From positions 1 through 44,857 of the IMG/VR virus record IMGVR_UViG_3300009012_000003: a stretch of 44,857 nt of DNA. One strand, written 5' to 3'. Made by a program: the position numbers and the translations under genes. Source of the stretch: a virus. The notes under the pieces were generated by a model. The model was given only the letters and a program-made list of their open reading frames with translations. It did no database searches and was not told where the DNA came from. This document shows positions 8,075-15,801 of this stretch, piece by piece (within the stretch, counting starts at the first letter, position 1; every line of letters starts with the position of its first letter).

Positions 8075-8523
8075 TCCTCCACGTATGGTTTGAACTCCCG
8101 CGGCAGCGGCTCAGTCGCCCCCTGGGGCAGCATGCCGCGGTTGGTGAACCGCCAGTTCCACTTGGCCATCTGCGCGTTATAGTCCGCCGCCAGCGTGTTG
8201 TAACTGGCGCGCACTCCCGCCACCTCCGACTGCCAGATCGCCCACTGCTCCCGGTCATCGCGCGCCCACGCGCTGCGCGGCTTGCCGGCATAACTCGCTT
8301 CCAGCTGCTCGAACCGCTTAGCGTACACGCTGACCGTCGCGCGTTTCTGGTCTAGCTGCGCCGCTGCATCCTTGAACCACTCATAGCGCCGCTGCAGCTC
8401 GGCGGGATCAAGCTGCGCACTCACGACGCTGACCGCGCGATGTGCAAACGCGAGCGGCCACAGCACCACGCGCGCCACCAGTCCAAACATGAGCAGCACG
8501 AACACCAACAGCGCCCACTTCAT
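8071..8523 (-). CDS. N-terminally anchored membrane protein, weak LemA-like flavour
   Basis: TM helix MKWALLVFVLLMFGLVARVVLWPLAF followed by a helical region. YNTLAADYNAQMAKWNWRFTN recalls the LemA YN..V..YN motif. ATGA overlap with the nuclease gene. Confidence 0.6.
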   Translation of the reverse strand: MKWALLVFVLLMFGLVARVVLWPLAFAHRAVSVVSAQLDPAELQRRYEWFKDAAAQLDQKRATVSVYAKRFEQLEASYAGKPRSAWARDDREQWAIWQSEVAGVRASYNTLAADYNAQMAKWNWRFTNRGMLPQGATEPLPREFKPYVEE

Positions 8524-9314
8524 GTCGCTACCTCCGGTGCATAGCGTTCCTCCACCTGCACAAACTCACTATCGGTCAGCGCACGCCCGCCGTAGCACAC
8601 GCCAAAATACTGGCAGCGCGAGTTCCAGGTGGTGCAGCTGCGCCGGTTGGGAATCAGGTCGAGTGCCCCAACGCGCTCCAGCATGATCATGTCACCCACA
8701 CGCTCCAGCTCCGCCAGTGCCGTCGCCACTTGCTCCGCGGTGCGCGCAAGCGGTATCAGCATAAAGCTCTGCTCACCGCGCGCGCGCGCCGCACCGCTGA
8801 GCTTGCGCCACACGCCGAGCAGTGTCCCTGCCACGCTGCGCTCGTAGTCGCGCTCTACCATCGCTTGATATGCACACTCATGCCACGACACGCGCACCTG
8901 ATCCCACAACAGATCGAGCGGCTGCCCACTCGCAGTGGTCTTCCACTGCAGTAGGTAGAGCGCCTCACTGGCGCGCTGGCGCACCGTGCCGTCGGGCGTC
9001 CCCACGAGTGTATGCGCCCCCAGCGCCCCCAGCTTGATTGCGTGCGGACGTTCGATTTCCACAACATCCCAGTCACGCGTCAGCTCCGCGAGCGCCGTTG
9101 GCATGAATGCATGCATCGCCCGTTGCGCATCGTTGAGCGGTTCGGGATCTGGTGTGTTAGCGCTCGGCACGAGCGCGTGCCGCGCCAGCTCATGCCAGTA
9201 CGTCCCGTCGTCCATGGTCTGCGTGGGCGGCACGCTGCGCCTGACCACGTTGCGGTTGTACCAATACCGCTGACACCGCATCCAGTCGAGCGCTTCGCTA
9301 ACGCTAAATTGCAC
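8520..9314 (-). CDS. Cas4/RecB-like PD-(D/E)xK exonuclease with Cys cluster
   Basis: N-terminal Cys (MRCQRYWY). GTPDG and LLQWKT core. C-terminal CTTWNSRCQYFGVC. Start is uncertain (GTG 9314, ATG 9362 or ATG 9392). Confidence 0.65.
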   Translation of the reverse strand: MQFSVSEALDWMRCQRYWYNRNVVRRSVPPTQTMDDGTYWHELARHALVPSANTPDPEPLNDAQRAMHAFMPTALAELTRDWDVVEIERPHAIKLGALGAHTLVGTPDGTVRQRASEALYLLQWKTTASGQPLDLLWDQVRVSWHECAYQAMVERDYERSVAGTLLGVWRKLSGAARARGEQSFMLIPLARTAEQVATALAELERVGDMIMLERVGALDLIPNRRSCTTWNSRCQYFGVCYGGRALTDSEFVQVEERYAPEVAT

Positions 9315-9537
9315 CCGGCACCTTGATTGGCGGTAGCTCGGGGAACATACGCCGAGCTTCATAGAACGCGTTAGCCGATAGGCTTTGTACACCGTACGCT
9401 ATAACCGGATCTTGCGGACGTACGCCCTTAATAGCCGAAGCAAATAGCGCGAAGGGTGCCAGAACCTCACGCAGTTCTTCGACTTCCGCCACGGCTTGAT
9501 TCAAATCGCTCTGTAGCTGTTCTACGCGCGATGTCAC
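9304..9537 (-). CDS. Hypothetical small protein
   Basis: ORF in a somewhat lower-GC patch. GTG 9537 is preceded by GGGAGCGAGCATT, the same leader type as other early genes. Confidence 0.45.
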   Translation of the reverse strand: MTSRVEQLQSDLNQAVAEVEELREVLAPFALFASAIKGVRPQDPVIAYGVQSLSANAFYEARRMFPELPPIKVPGAI

Positions 9538-9654
9538 AATGCTCGCTCCCGTCGAGCCCAATTCGTTTACGAATGCCGAGCGGGCTGCGCCTGGACTCGC
9601 ATGAGCGCCCGCGCCGTTGTGCGCCGCGGTGCCCGCCCGGCAAGCAGCTTGCTG

Positions 9655-9984
9655 CTAGGGCGTGGGCACCGACGCCACCGCTCCCGCCAGCGCATCCGCA
9701 CTACCCTTCAAGCTGTCCGACAGCGCCACGAAGTCCGCCCCAGTGCCGCCCTGCGCCGCCAGCGCCGCAATCTGCGCCGCCACGCCCTGTATGAGCGCAA
9801 TTGCGCTCTGCTCCACACCCACAGTCTGCGCGACCTGCGCCCTCAACGCATCCAGTTCTGCACTCACCTGCGCGCCCTCCCGCTGCAGCAGCTGCCTGAT
9901 CTGCCACAGCTCCACGAGTATGCGTTCCAAGATCACAAGCGGTACCACGTCCAGCCGGTGCCGCAGCTCATCGCGTTCGCTCAT
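9655..9984 (-). CDS. Hypothetical coiled-coil protein (109 aa)
   Basis: An internal ATG (MSERDELRHR...) is preferred. GAAGG lies upstream. Heptad-like Ala/Leu/Gln-rich sequence. Confidence 0.55.
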   Translation of the reverse strand: MSERDELRHRLDVVPLVILERILVELWQIRQLLQREGAQVSAELDALRAQVAQTVGVEQSAIALIQGVAAQIAALAAQGGTGADFVALSDSLKGSADALAGAVASVPTP

Positions 9985-9999
9985 ACTGCTGCCTTCGCC

Positions 10000-10025
10000 G
10001 GCAAGCCCGCGCCGTCGGGCTTGCC
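10000..10025 (-). promoter_or_regulatory. Perfect 10-bp GC-rich hairpin in the leader of gene 9655..9984
   Basis: GGCAAGCCCG (10000-10009) pairs with CGGGCTTGCC (10016-10025) around a 6-nt loop. It lies 15 nt upstream of ATG 9984. Confidence 0.4.
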
Positions 10026-10320
10026 ACGCCCCTGCCCGCACTGCGCTACCACGCTCAACAGATGTACCGCCCGTATGTACGGTACGACGCACGCGCTAGC
10101 TTCCAGCCGCCACGTGCGTCTCGGCGTTCGCCAAGAAACGCCTGTCATGGAATGTCTACTACGCACAAGTACGAACCTCCCTACGATGCCGCGAGCGCAA
10201 ACCTCCGGCGCAAGGTCCGCGGGATCGCGAGTCCCCCTGACAGCGGGTACTTGGGGCTTGCGCGCACGAGGCACGCCGAAGGAGCAGCTAGTCTAGCACG
10301 ACACTCGCGCGCGCCGAGCG

Positions 10321-10725
10321 TCAAATCTCGGGCTGCGCAAACATCCGCGCTAGCTCCGCGCGCACCGCTTCACCCACCAGTGCCACGAGCGCTTGCGCGA
10401 ACGCCTCCGCCGGTGGCGCATTACTTGCTGCGCGCCGCTGCTGCCACATCCGCCTTGCCGCCAGCGCCTGCCGCGCACGCACATCGGGCGTGCGCACGTA
10501 TCTACCATGCGCTCGCGAATACTGCTTGCCGTCGCGCGCCGCCCCGTTCAGGCGCTTGGCTTGGGCACGCGCTCGCGCCCGCCCAGCCTGGACCTTCTTG
10601 AGATTGCGCTTCATGCTCAGCGCTTGCCGGCGTCTGCGCTCGGGCGTCCACGATGCACGCAGCTTTTGCTGCATGCGCTGCTTGCTTTCCGCGGTCCACC
10701 CCTGCACCCCTGTTGGATTAGCCAT
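10321..10725 (-). CDS. Basic, probably DNA-binding protein (NUMOD3-like repeats?)
   Basis: 134 aa, Arg/Lys-rich. GWTAESKQRMQQKLRASW and TPERRRRQALSMKRNL resemble NUMOD3-type motifs. Confidence 0.55.
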   Translation of the reverse strand: MANPTGVQGWTAESKQRMQQKLRASWTPERRRRQALSMKRNLKKVQAGRARARAQAKRLNGAARDGKQYSRAHGRYVRTPDVRARQALAARRMWQQRRAASNAPPAEAFAQALVALVGEAVRAELARMFAQPEI

Positions 10726-10737
10726 GCGAGTCCCTTT

Positions 10738-10950
10738 CTAGTCATGCGCCCGCGGCCGGAACACGCCTCGATACCACGCACGCCTGCAATTCCGCGAGCA
10801 AAAGAAGTGATACCGCTGGTGCGCACTGAACTTGACGCCGCACGTTGCGCACACGCGCTTGTGCTCGCCGCCCACGAACGTCTTGATGGCGCCCGCGATC
10901 TGCACCGCGATCGTCTGATCACGCAGCTTGAGCAACGTCCCGCGCGTCAT
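10738..10950 (-). CDS. Small zinc-ribbon protein
   Basis: CATCG...FFCSRNCR Cys pairs. ATGA overlap with the upstream gene. Confidence 0.6.
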   Translation of the reverse strand: MTRGTLLKLRDQTIAVQIAGAIKTFVGGEHKRVCATCGVKFSAHQRYHFFCSRNCRRAWYRGVFRPRAHD

Positions 10951-11141
10951 GGCCGGTTGGGACGCGGATGCGCCTCGTCCCAGCTCACATCGGCAACCTC
11001 GAAATCCTCTTCATCCTCGTGAGACGCAGTCTCACCCCGCATGACGCCCAGACAGTAATCCGAGCACACGGGCACTCCGTAGCGCGTGGTGTTCCCGTCG
11101 CACACGCTGCCGCACACGAAGCACGTCGCGGGCGCGCTCAT
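10947..11141 (-). CDS. Small Cys-rich protein with acidic tail
   Basis: CFVCGSVC...VCSDYC. ATGA overlaps at both ends. Confidence 0.6.
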   Translation of the reverse strand: MSAPATCFVCGSVCDGNTTRYGVPVCSDYCLGVMRGETASHEDEEDFEVADVSWDEAHPRPNRP

Positions 11142-11596
11142 GCGCCCTCCGCGAACCTGCCGACCAGCTTCGCGAGATGGTGCTTGACGATGCGCTTGTG
11201 GCCACGCTTGTCACCATATCCACGCGTACCGCTACTACCGCCATGCGACCGCGTCTTCGCAATGCACCGCGGCGCCGGCGCCATGAGCTCCGGAAATCCG
11301 CCCACATCAAACTTGCGCACAAACGTTGCCACGTTGTCGGGCGTGCGCACTTGCTGCACCCCCTGTGGCGTCCGCCGCGCAATGTACTTGCGCCCGATCA
11401 CGAACGTGCCCGTTCCAATCCCTGCCATCAGCAGCGCGAGCGGGCACTTGGTGGTCGTGCCGGTGCGCCCCTTGATGTGTGCGCGCCGCACCATGTCCGC
11501 GATCTGCACTGGTGTCTTGTTGCGGAAGTGCGCCAGCACGTCCTCCAGCACATTGACGCGCGCGATCTTGCCAGGCCCCGCCACGCCGCGGCTCAC
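11138..11596 (-). CDS. Hypothetical protein (152 aa)
   Basis: GTG 11596 overlaps the upstream stop (GTGA). Balanced composition. Confidence 0.55.
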   Translation of the reverse strand: MSRGVAGPGKIARVNVLEDVLAHFRNKTPVQIADMVRRAHIKGRTGTTTKCPLALLMAGIGTGTFVIGRKYIARRTPQGVQQVRTPDNVATFVRKFDVGGFPELMAPAPRCIAKTRSHGGSSGTRGYGDKRGHKRIVKHHLAKLVGRFAEGA

Positions 11597-11832
11597 AACG
11601 CACCATACCGTGCATCAAGCAGCTCCTTGATCGCCGTGCGCAGTCCGCGCAGCGCATCGCTGACAGCCACGTCGCCGCGCGCATCGCGCAGCGCCCACGC
11701 TGCATTCGCAATCTGCATCTCGTGGTCAAACCTGAGCTGCAGCATGTCCTGCCTGACCTCCGCGGGCGGCGGCTCGTCGCAGCCGCTCGCAGCCTGCACC
11801 AGTTCCAGTCCCAACTTGTCATGCGTGTCCAT
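11593..11832 (-). CDS. Hypothetical small protein
   Basis: ATG 11832 (MDTHDKLGLE...) is preceded by GGGAG inside the end of the helicase gene. Confidence 0.5.
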   Translation of the reverse strand: MDTHDKLGLELVQAASGCDEPPPAEVRQDMLQLRFDHEMQIANAAWALRDARGDVAVSDALRGLRTAIKELLDARYGAL

Positions 11833-11834
11833 AT

Positions 11835-12980
11835 TCACTCCCGTTGTTCGTGTTCGCCCCGGGCTTTCGCTAATCCTTGATACACCACGTGCCCGTCCCA
11901 TGGCTCAGGTGTCTTCATCCAGATACCGCGCCGCACCTGCATGATCCGGTGCCGTTGATGCAAACTACCAAGCGCTCCGTCAACCAGCCGCTTGCACTGT
12001 GCCATGCGCCATGGTCCCTGCGCTTGCAATGCTGCTGCTAGCTCTTGCCGATTGCGCGATCCATCGACCAGCTCGTATACCGCCCGCTGCGCGCTGCTCT
12101 TGAGGCGCAATTTCTCGCGATCACTACTGCGCTCCACCAGCTCAACTACCAAAGCACCTTCCGCACTCACAGTCAAGTCAAACTTGTAGGTGTCGCCAGC
12201 ATTTGGCATACCACGCGCTTTCATAACCCGCAGTTCACACTGATCCTTGCGCCGTTGCGCATGCCACACAGTATCGGCCATCGCTTCCTTGACGCTACTG
12301 CCGCGCGCTTGGTACACACTGCGCTGAATACGCCCCGCAACTGGCGTATGGTCCGTGACCATGACACACACGCGTGCAGTCTGCGCCACATACGCCAACC
12401 GCTCCATGACTTCTTGCATCACACCGCGGTTGTTCTCATCGGCGCTGCACAGATTGCTGAAGCAGTCCAGGAACAGGAATTCCGCGCTTTGACTGACGCA
12501 CGTTTCGATCAGCGCTGCCGTGTCGTGGTTAGTCGCCAGATCAAGCCGGAAGTCCGGTGCGCGCCCACGGTAGCAGACCATGTCGCCCAGTTCAGCGTAC
12601 GGCGCTCGCAGGCCGCGCCCCGCTGCGAGCGCCTCAAACTGCGCGCGCATGCCCCACAGCGGGCTGTCCACGAACAGCGCAACACTGCGCACGCGCTTCA
12701 CGGGCTTGACCGCGAGGAACTCCTGCCCTAGCGCAAGCGCCATCATCAAGTCAAGCCCCAGCATGGTCTTACCGACGTGCGGCTCGCTCACGAACAGCGC
12801 CACAGCGCCCTTGACCAGCAAGCCGGGCAGCAGCACCTCCGGCATGGCGTTGTGGCACAGCTCGGGCAGCGCGTGCACGCGCAGCAGATTGACTGCCTCC
12901 GGCGCCACCGCAAGCGCTAGGTCGCGCTCGTCGTATGTCGCCATGATGTTCGGTATCCCGTCGCCCCAATCGTCCGGCAT
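11835..12980 (-). CDS. RepA/DnaB-like replicative helicase (AAA_25-type RecA-fold NTPase)
   Basis: Walker A SEPHVGKT, Walker B FLFLDCF, VMVTDHT. ATG 12980 (MPDDWGDG) with a G-rich SD is preferred over TTG 13004. Confidence 0.65.
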   Translation of the reverse strand: MPDDWGDGIPNIMATYDERDLALAVAPEAVNLLRVHALPELCHNAMPEVLLPGLLVKGAVALFVSEPHVGKTMLGLDLMMALALGQEFLAVKPVKRVRSVALFVDSPLWGMRAQFEALAAGRGLRAPYAELGDMVCYRGRAPDFRLDLATNHDTAALIETCVSQSAEFLFLDCFSNLCSADENNRGVMQEVMERLAYVAQTARVCVMVTDHTPVAGRIQRSVYQARGSSVKEAMADTVWHAQRRKDQCELRVMKARGMPNAGDTYKFDLTVSAEGALVVELVERSSDREKLRLKSSAQRAVYELVDGSRNRQELAAALQAQGPWRMAQCKRLVDGALGSLHQRHRIMQVRRGIWMKTPEPWDGHVVYQGLAKARGEHEQRE

Positions 12981-13004
12981 GGAAACGTCCCCCCGGCGCA
13001 GCAA

Positions 13005-13546
13005 GCTGCGCCCCGCGCACGGCGGTTAGCGTCACCTTCCCCTTCCGCGTTGCGCGCCCTGGCGAGCGTTCCCGTTGAAACGTGGTAGCGCATCTGCAAG
13101 GTATGTCCGCACGGTTTGACCGTCAAGACCCCCTGCGCCGCGACGCTGCCGCGACGCTGCGGCATGTAAAGCTAGCTTGACTACAATCGTGCGTGCCCGC
13201 GCGTGCCCTAATTGGTCCGAATGTCGCATAACACTCGTCACTGTAAACCTGAGCCGGTTTGGCGCTAACTCGTTTAATGACAACGCATTTTGTCTATATT
13301 TCGCGCGTTTGGTAACGCGCTGTGCCGCAACGCATTACAGAAATCTATAAAATTCAGATCCTATACACCACTCGCGATACTCACCCCCCCCGCTGCGCAC
13401 CCCGCTCACGCGGGTGCGCCTGCAGGGAGGTTCGTGAGTCGCAAAAACCCAACAAAATGAACAAACTACAGTCTAACGTGCTGCGTAGCTTGAGCTTACA
13501 GTCAGTCTTTTGGTAGCGTCAGCGGATGCTCACTCGCAGTGAGCTG
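13005..13546. promoter_or_regulatory. AT-richer 540-bp intergenic region upstream of the helicase operon (candidate origin/promoter region)
   Basis: No convincing ORF and visibly lower GC. Hairpins at 13303-13320, 13395-13419 and 13528-13544. GCGTGCCC is repeated at 10-bp spacing (13191-13208). Confidence 0.4.
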
Positions 13547-13795
13547 CTACGTGCGCCACGGTGTGAGGCGCCACAGCTCGAAGGCGCGGAGCTTGCGCTG
13601 CTGGTGCCTCGCCGCTGCGTGCCCGGCCATGACGCGCGGATGCACACCCAGCTCCCGCAGTGCGCGCTTGACCACACGCTCGCGTTCTCGCAACGTGAGT
13701 GTCTCGCCCTCGCTGGGTAGCGCAGCCGCGAGTTGCGCCACGGTCGCGCAACCCATGCGCCCGAGCAGCCGCTTGACGCGCACGGTGTAGGTCAT
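13547..13795 (-). CDS. Hypothetical small protein, possibly HTH DNA-binding
   Basis: ATG 13795 overlaps the upstream stop (ATGA). MTYTVRVKRLLGRMGCATVAQLAAALP looks helix-turn-helix-like. Confidence 0.5.
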   Translation of the reverse strand: MTYTVRVKRLLGRMGCATVAQLAAALPSEGETLTLRERERVVKRALRELGVHPRVMAGHAAARHQQRKLRAFELWRLTPWRT

Positions 13796-13995
13796 GACAC
13801 ACCACACGCGCGCAGGAACCACTCGCGGTTGAAGTTAACGTTATCACGTCCGAGCACCACTGCGATCTGCGCGCAATCGCGCTCCCATTGCCGGTGCACA
13901 AGCTCGCGCTCCGGGTGTAGCACCATGTCAACGTTACCGTTGGGACGCGCATCCAACAGCGCCTCCGCCAGTAGCACGTAGTCCTTCCAGCTCAT
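13792..13995 (-). CDS. Hypothetical small protein (67 aa)
   Basis: The ATG is preceded by G9-CGAAC, the shared early leader GCGAACATGAG. Confidence 0.55.
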   Translation of the reverse strand: MSWKDYVLLAEALLDARPNGNVDMVLHPERELVHRQWERDCAQIAVVLGRDNVNFNREWFLRACGVS

Positions 13996-14017
13996 GTTCG
14001 CCCCCCCCCTTGAAAGA

Positions 14018-14049
14018 GCGCGTACGTACGCGCTAACGTACGTACGCGC
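14018..14049. repeat. 16-bp perfect palindrome GCGCGTACGTACGCGC plus a second CGTACGTACGCGC copy
   Basis: Read directly in the 67-nt gap between 13995 and 14063. The 13-mer copies sit at 14021-14033 and 14037-14049. Confidence 0.8.
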
Positions 14050-14062
14050 ATCCCATTACCTG

Positions 14063-15070
14063 CTACCGCCTACACTCCACGAGCACCGCATTCAGCACGC
14101 TGGCCTTGAGGCTCGCAATGCGCCCGTCCTTCATGCTTGCGAGCCGCAACATGGCGTCGCCGCGCACCGGGAACGTATCCACGTCATGATCTAGGCACTC
14201 CACGGCGCCGTTGTAGGCCTCCCACGCGCTGTGATCGCCCACGTGTCCAGCTCCCTGCTCCCACGCGCCTGCGACCGTTATACGGCGATCTAGCGCACGC
14301 TGCTTAACAAACCCCTGCGCATCGCTCGCCGGTAGCGGCGCCAGTGTGTCGAGCACGCTCCGCTCGAACGCCTCGACGCTCAACACCGTCTTGCGCATGA
14401 GCTTGTAGTCTTGCGCTATCGCAACGTAGCGCTCCGTCAGCTTGCGGAACATCTCCTGCGCCGCTTCGACCATGCGGCTCGCTCCGTCGCCCGTGTGTTT
14501 GACGTACACACCTCCCTCAGCGGCATGCGCAGCGCCCAGCGTGTTTGCGCACACAACACGGATGGGCGTCTCCTGAATTCGCGCTGCGCGCCGTGCGCTA
14601 TGGTTGTTGCTGATAAGCGCATAGGGCACTACCTCGTTTGCGAACACTTCCCTCACGACGGGATCGTCCACGTCAAACCGCGCGAGCATCCACACGTCCG
14701 CTCCCTCGCGCAGCGTACCGCCCGTTTCGAGGTGCGCAATCCCGCGCTCCAGCAACGGCTCCAGCACGCGGAACGCGTCCCAGTTCTGGAGCGGCTTGTA
14801 GCGCTCCCCCGTGACGGCGAACACGCTGCCCGTGTCGGCACGCGATATCGCCTGCCCAGGCGCCAGTTCGTACGTGACGCTATCAGCGCTGCCGCGCTTG
14901 ACATACAGCGGCTCTGTGCGCACGTGGAAGTCCGCCGCCGCAAGCTTGACCGCTTCGTTGAGCGTCGGCGCCTGCGCTAAGCCAACGCCCAGTTCATGCC
15001 ACGGCGTCTCGCCCACGTAGAACATGCTGCCGCGACCATCGTTCGCGCTCTCAATCAGTTCGTGACTCAT
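14063..15070 (-). CDS. DUF932-like (phage/plasmid-like protein family) protein
   Basis: The N-terminus MSHELIESANDGRGSMFYVGETPWHELG matches the conserved start of that family as I remember it. 335 aa. Confidence 0.65.
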   Translation of the reverse strand: MSHELIESANDGRGSMFYVGETPWHELGVGLAQAPTLNEAVKLAAADFHVRTEPLYVKRGSADSVTYELAPGQAISRADTGSVFAVTGERYKPLQNWDAFRVLEPLLERGIAHLETGGTLREGADVWMLARFDVDDPVVREVFANEVVPYALISNNHSARRAARIQETPIRVVCANTLGAAHAAEGGVYVKHTGDGASRMVEAAQEMFRKLTERYVAIAQDYKLMRKTVLSVEAFERSVLDTLAPLPASDAQGFVKQRALDRRITVAGAWEQGAGHVGDHSAWEAYNGAVECLDHDVDTFPVRGDAMLRLASMKDGRIASLKASVLNAVLVECRR

Positions 15071-15091
15071 GTTCGCTACCTCCCGTGTTTG

Positions 15092-15382
15092 TCATGCAAC
15101 TTGAATGTGCCATTTGCGCAAATCTCCCACGCTGCGCAATGGAGTCCCGATCATCTTGAGCGCCTTTTTAGCCAATAGATCTCCAGCATCGGCGCGGCCT
15201 GTAACATAAGCCGCTGCAGCATGATCGTCAAAAAACCGATCGGTGGATTGATTTACTACTATTGCATCGTCCAGCCGTTGAATCACACGTGTTGTACCGC
15301 CGAGATAATCTACGCTAAAGATTCCCCAGCCTTGACGATACGCTGATTCTTGATCAGCGTCGGTCCATCTTGCGTGACTCAT
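15092..15382 (-). CDS. Hypothetical protein on a low-GC (~50%) cassette
   Basis: 96-aa ORF. I counted about 145/291 G+C. It shares an identical 17-nt start region with the DUF932 gene. Confidence 0.55.
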   Translation of the reverse strand: MSHARWTDADQESAYRQGWGIFSVDYLGGTTRVIQRLDDAIVVNQSTDRFFDDHAAAAYVTGRADAGDLLAKKALKMIGTPLRSVGDLRKWHIQVA

Positions 15383-15416
15383 GTTCGCTCCCCCCGTTTG
15401 GTACGCGTCATGCTCT

Positions 15417-15449
15417 TCACGTACGTGCGTACCTCACGTACGCGTGCGC
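15417..15449. repeat. Two TCACGTACG copies 17 nt apart (CGTACG-centred motif) in an early intergenic region
   Basis: Copies at 15417-15425 and 15434-15442. GTACGTGCGTAC inverted arms at 15421-15432. Confidence 0.7.
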
Positions 15450-15495
15450 TTGAAATTGCTGTCAAGCGGAATCGCGCTTGCGCTTGACCCGGGCG

Positions 15496-15714
15496 CTAGA
15501 CGATCCCTGGCGTGTGCGGCAAGCGCGCAATCAAATCGTCAATTGCGTGGCCCGCTGCGTCCCATTCGCGTGCTAGCGCGGCATCGGCAAAACTGGCGCC
15601 AATGTGCGCAGCCTTCTCACTGCACACTGTCGCAAGCGCGGCCAGAACCGCGCTCAGGCTGCTGCGGGCAATCATTGCTTCGATCGTTTCGCTCACTGGC
15701 TTGACATTCGGCAT
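15496..15714 (-). CDS. Hypothetical small protein (72 aa), paralog-like to 15802..16068
   Basis: ATG 15714 with GAGGGG SD. ATVCSEKAAH...W motif shared with the neighbouring gene. Confidence 0.5.
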   Translation of the reverse strand: MPNVKPVSETIEAMIARSSLSAVLAALATVCSEKAAHIGASFADAALAREWDAAGHAIDDLIARLPHTPGIV

Positions 15715-15801
15715 TTTGATACCCCTCACGTTGCGACCCAAACTTTCGCATCGCGAAAGCGTGCGGCACCGTTGGATGCGCACCGCACGCCCCACGATCT
15801 A

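Noticed and set aside
7529-8523. TM coiled-coil protein plus lipoprotein considered as an i-spanin/o-spanin pair
   Set aside because: The lipoprotein is 181 aa and beta-rich rather than a short Pro/Cys-rich o-spanin. The pair sits among replication genes, far from the endolysin. I kept it as an exclusion/envelope-module hypothesis instead.
9981-10274. 97-aa minus-strand ORF ending in an ATGA overlap with gene 9655..9984
   Set aside because: It is Arg/Pro-rich with no SD. It is read through a region full of hairpins, including the 10-bp stem at 10000-10025. I treat the region as regulatory, with low certainty.
13425-13440. GGGAGGTTCGTGAGTC, superficially like a tRNA T-arm (GGTTCG)
   Set aside because: There is no complementary 5-bp T-stem, acceptor stem or anticodon arm in the flanks. 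I found no tRNA-like cloverleaf anywhere in the non-coding regions.
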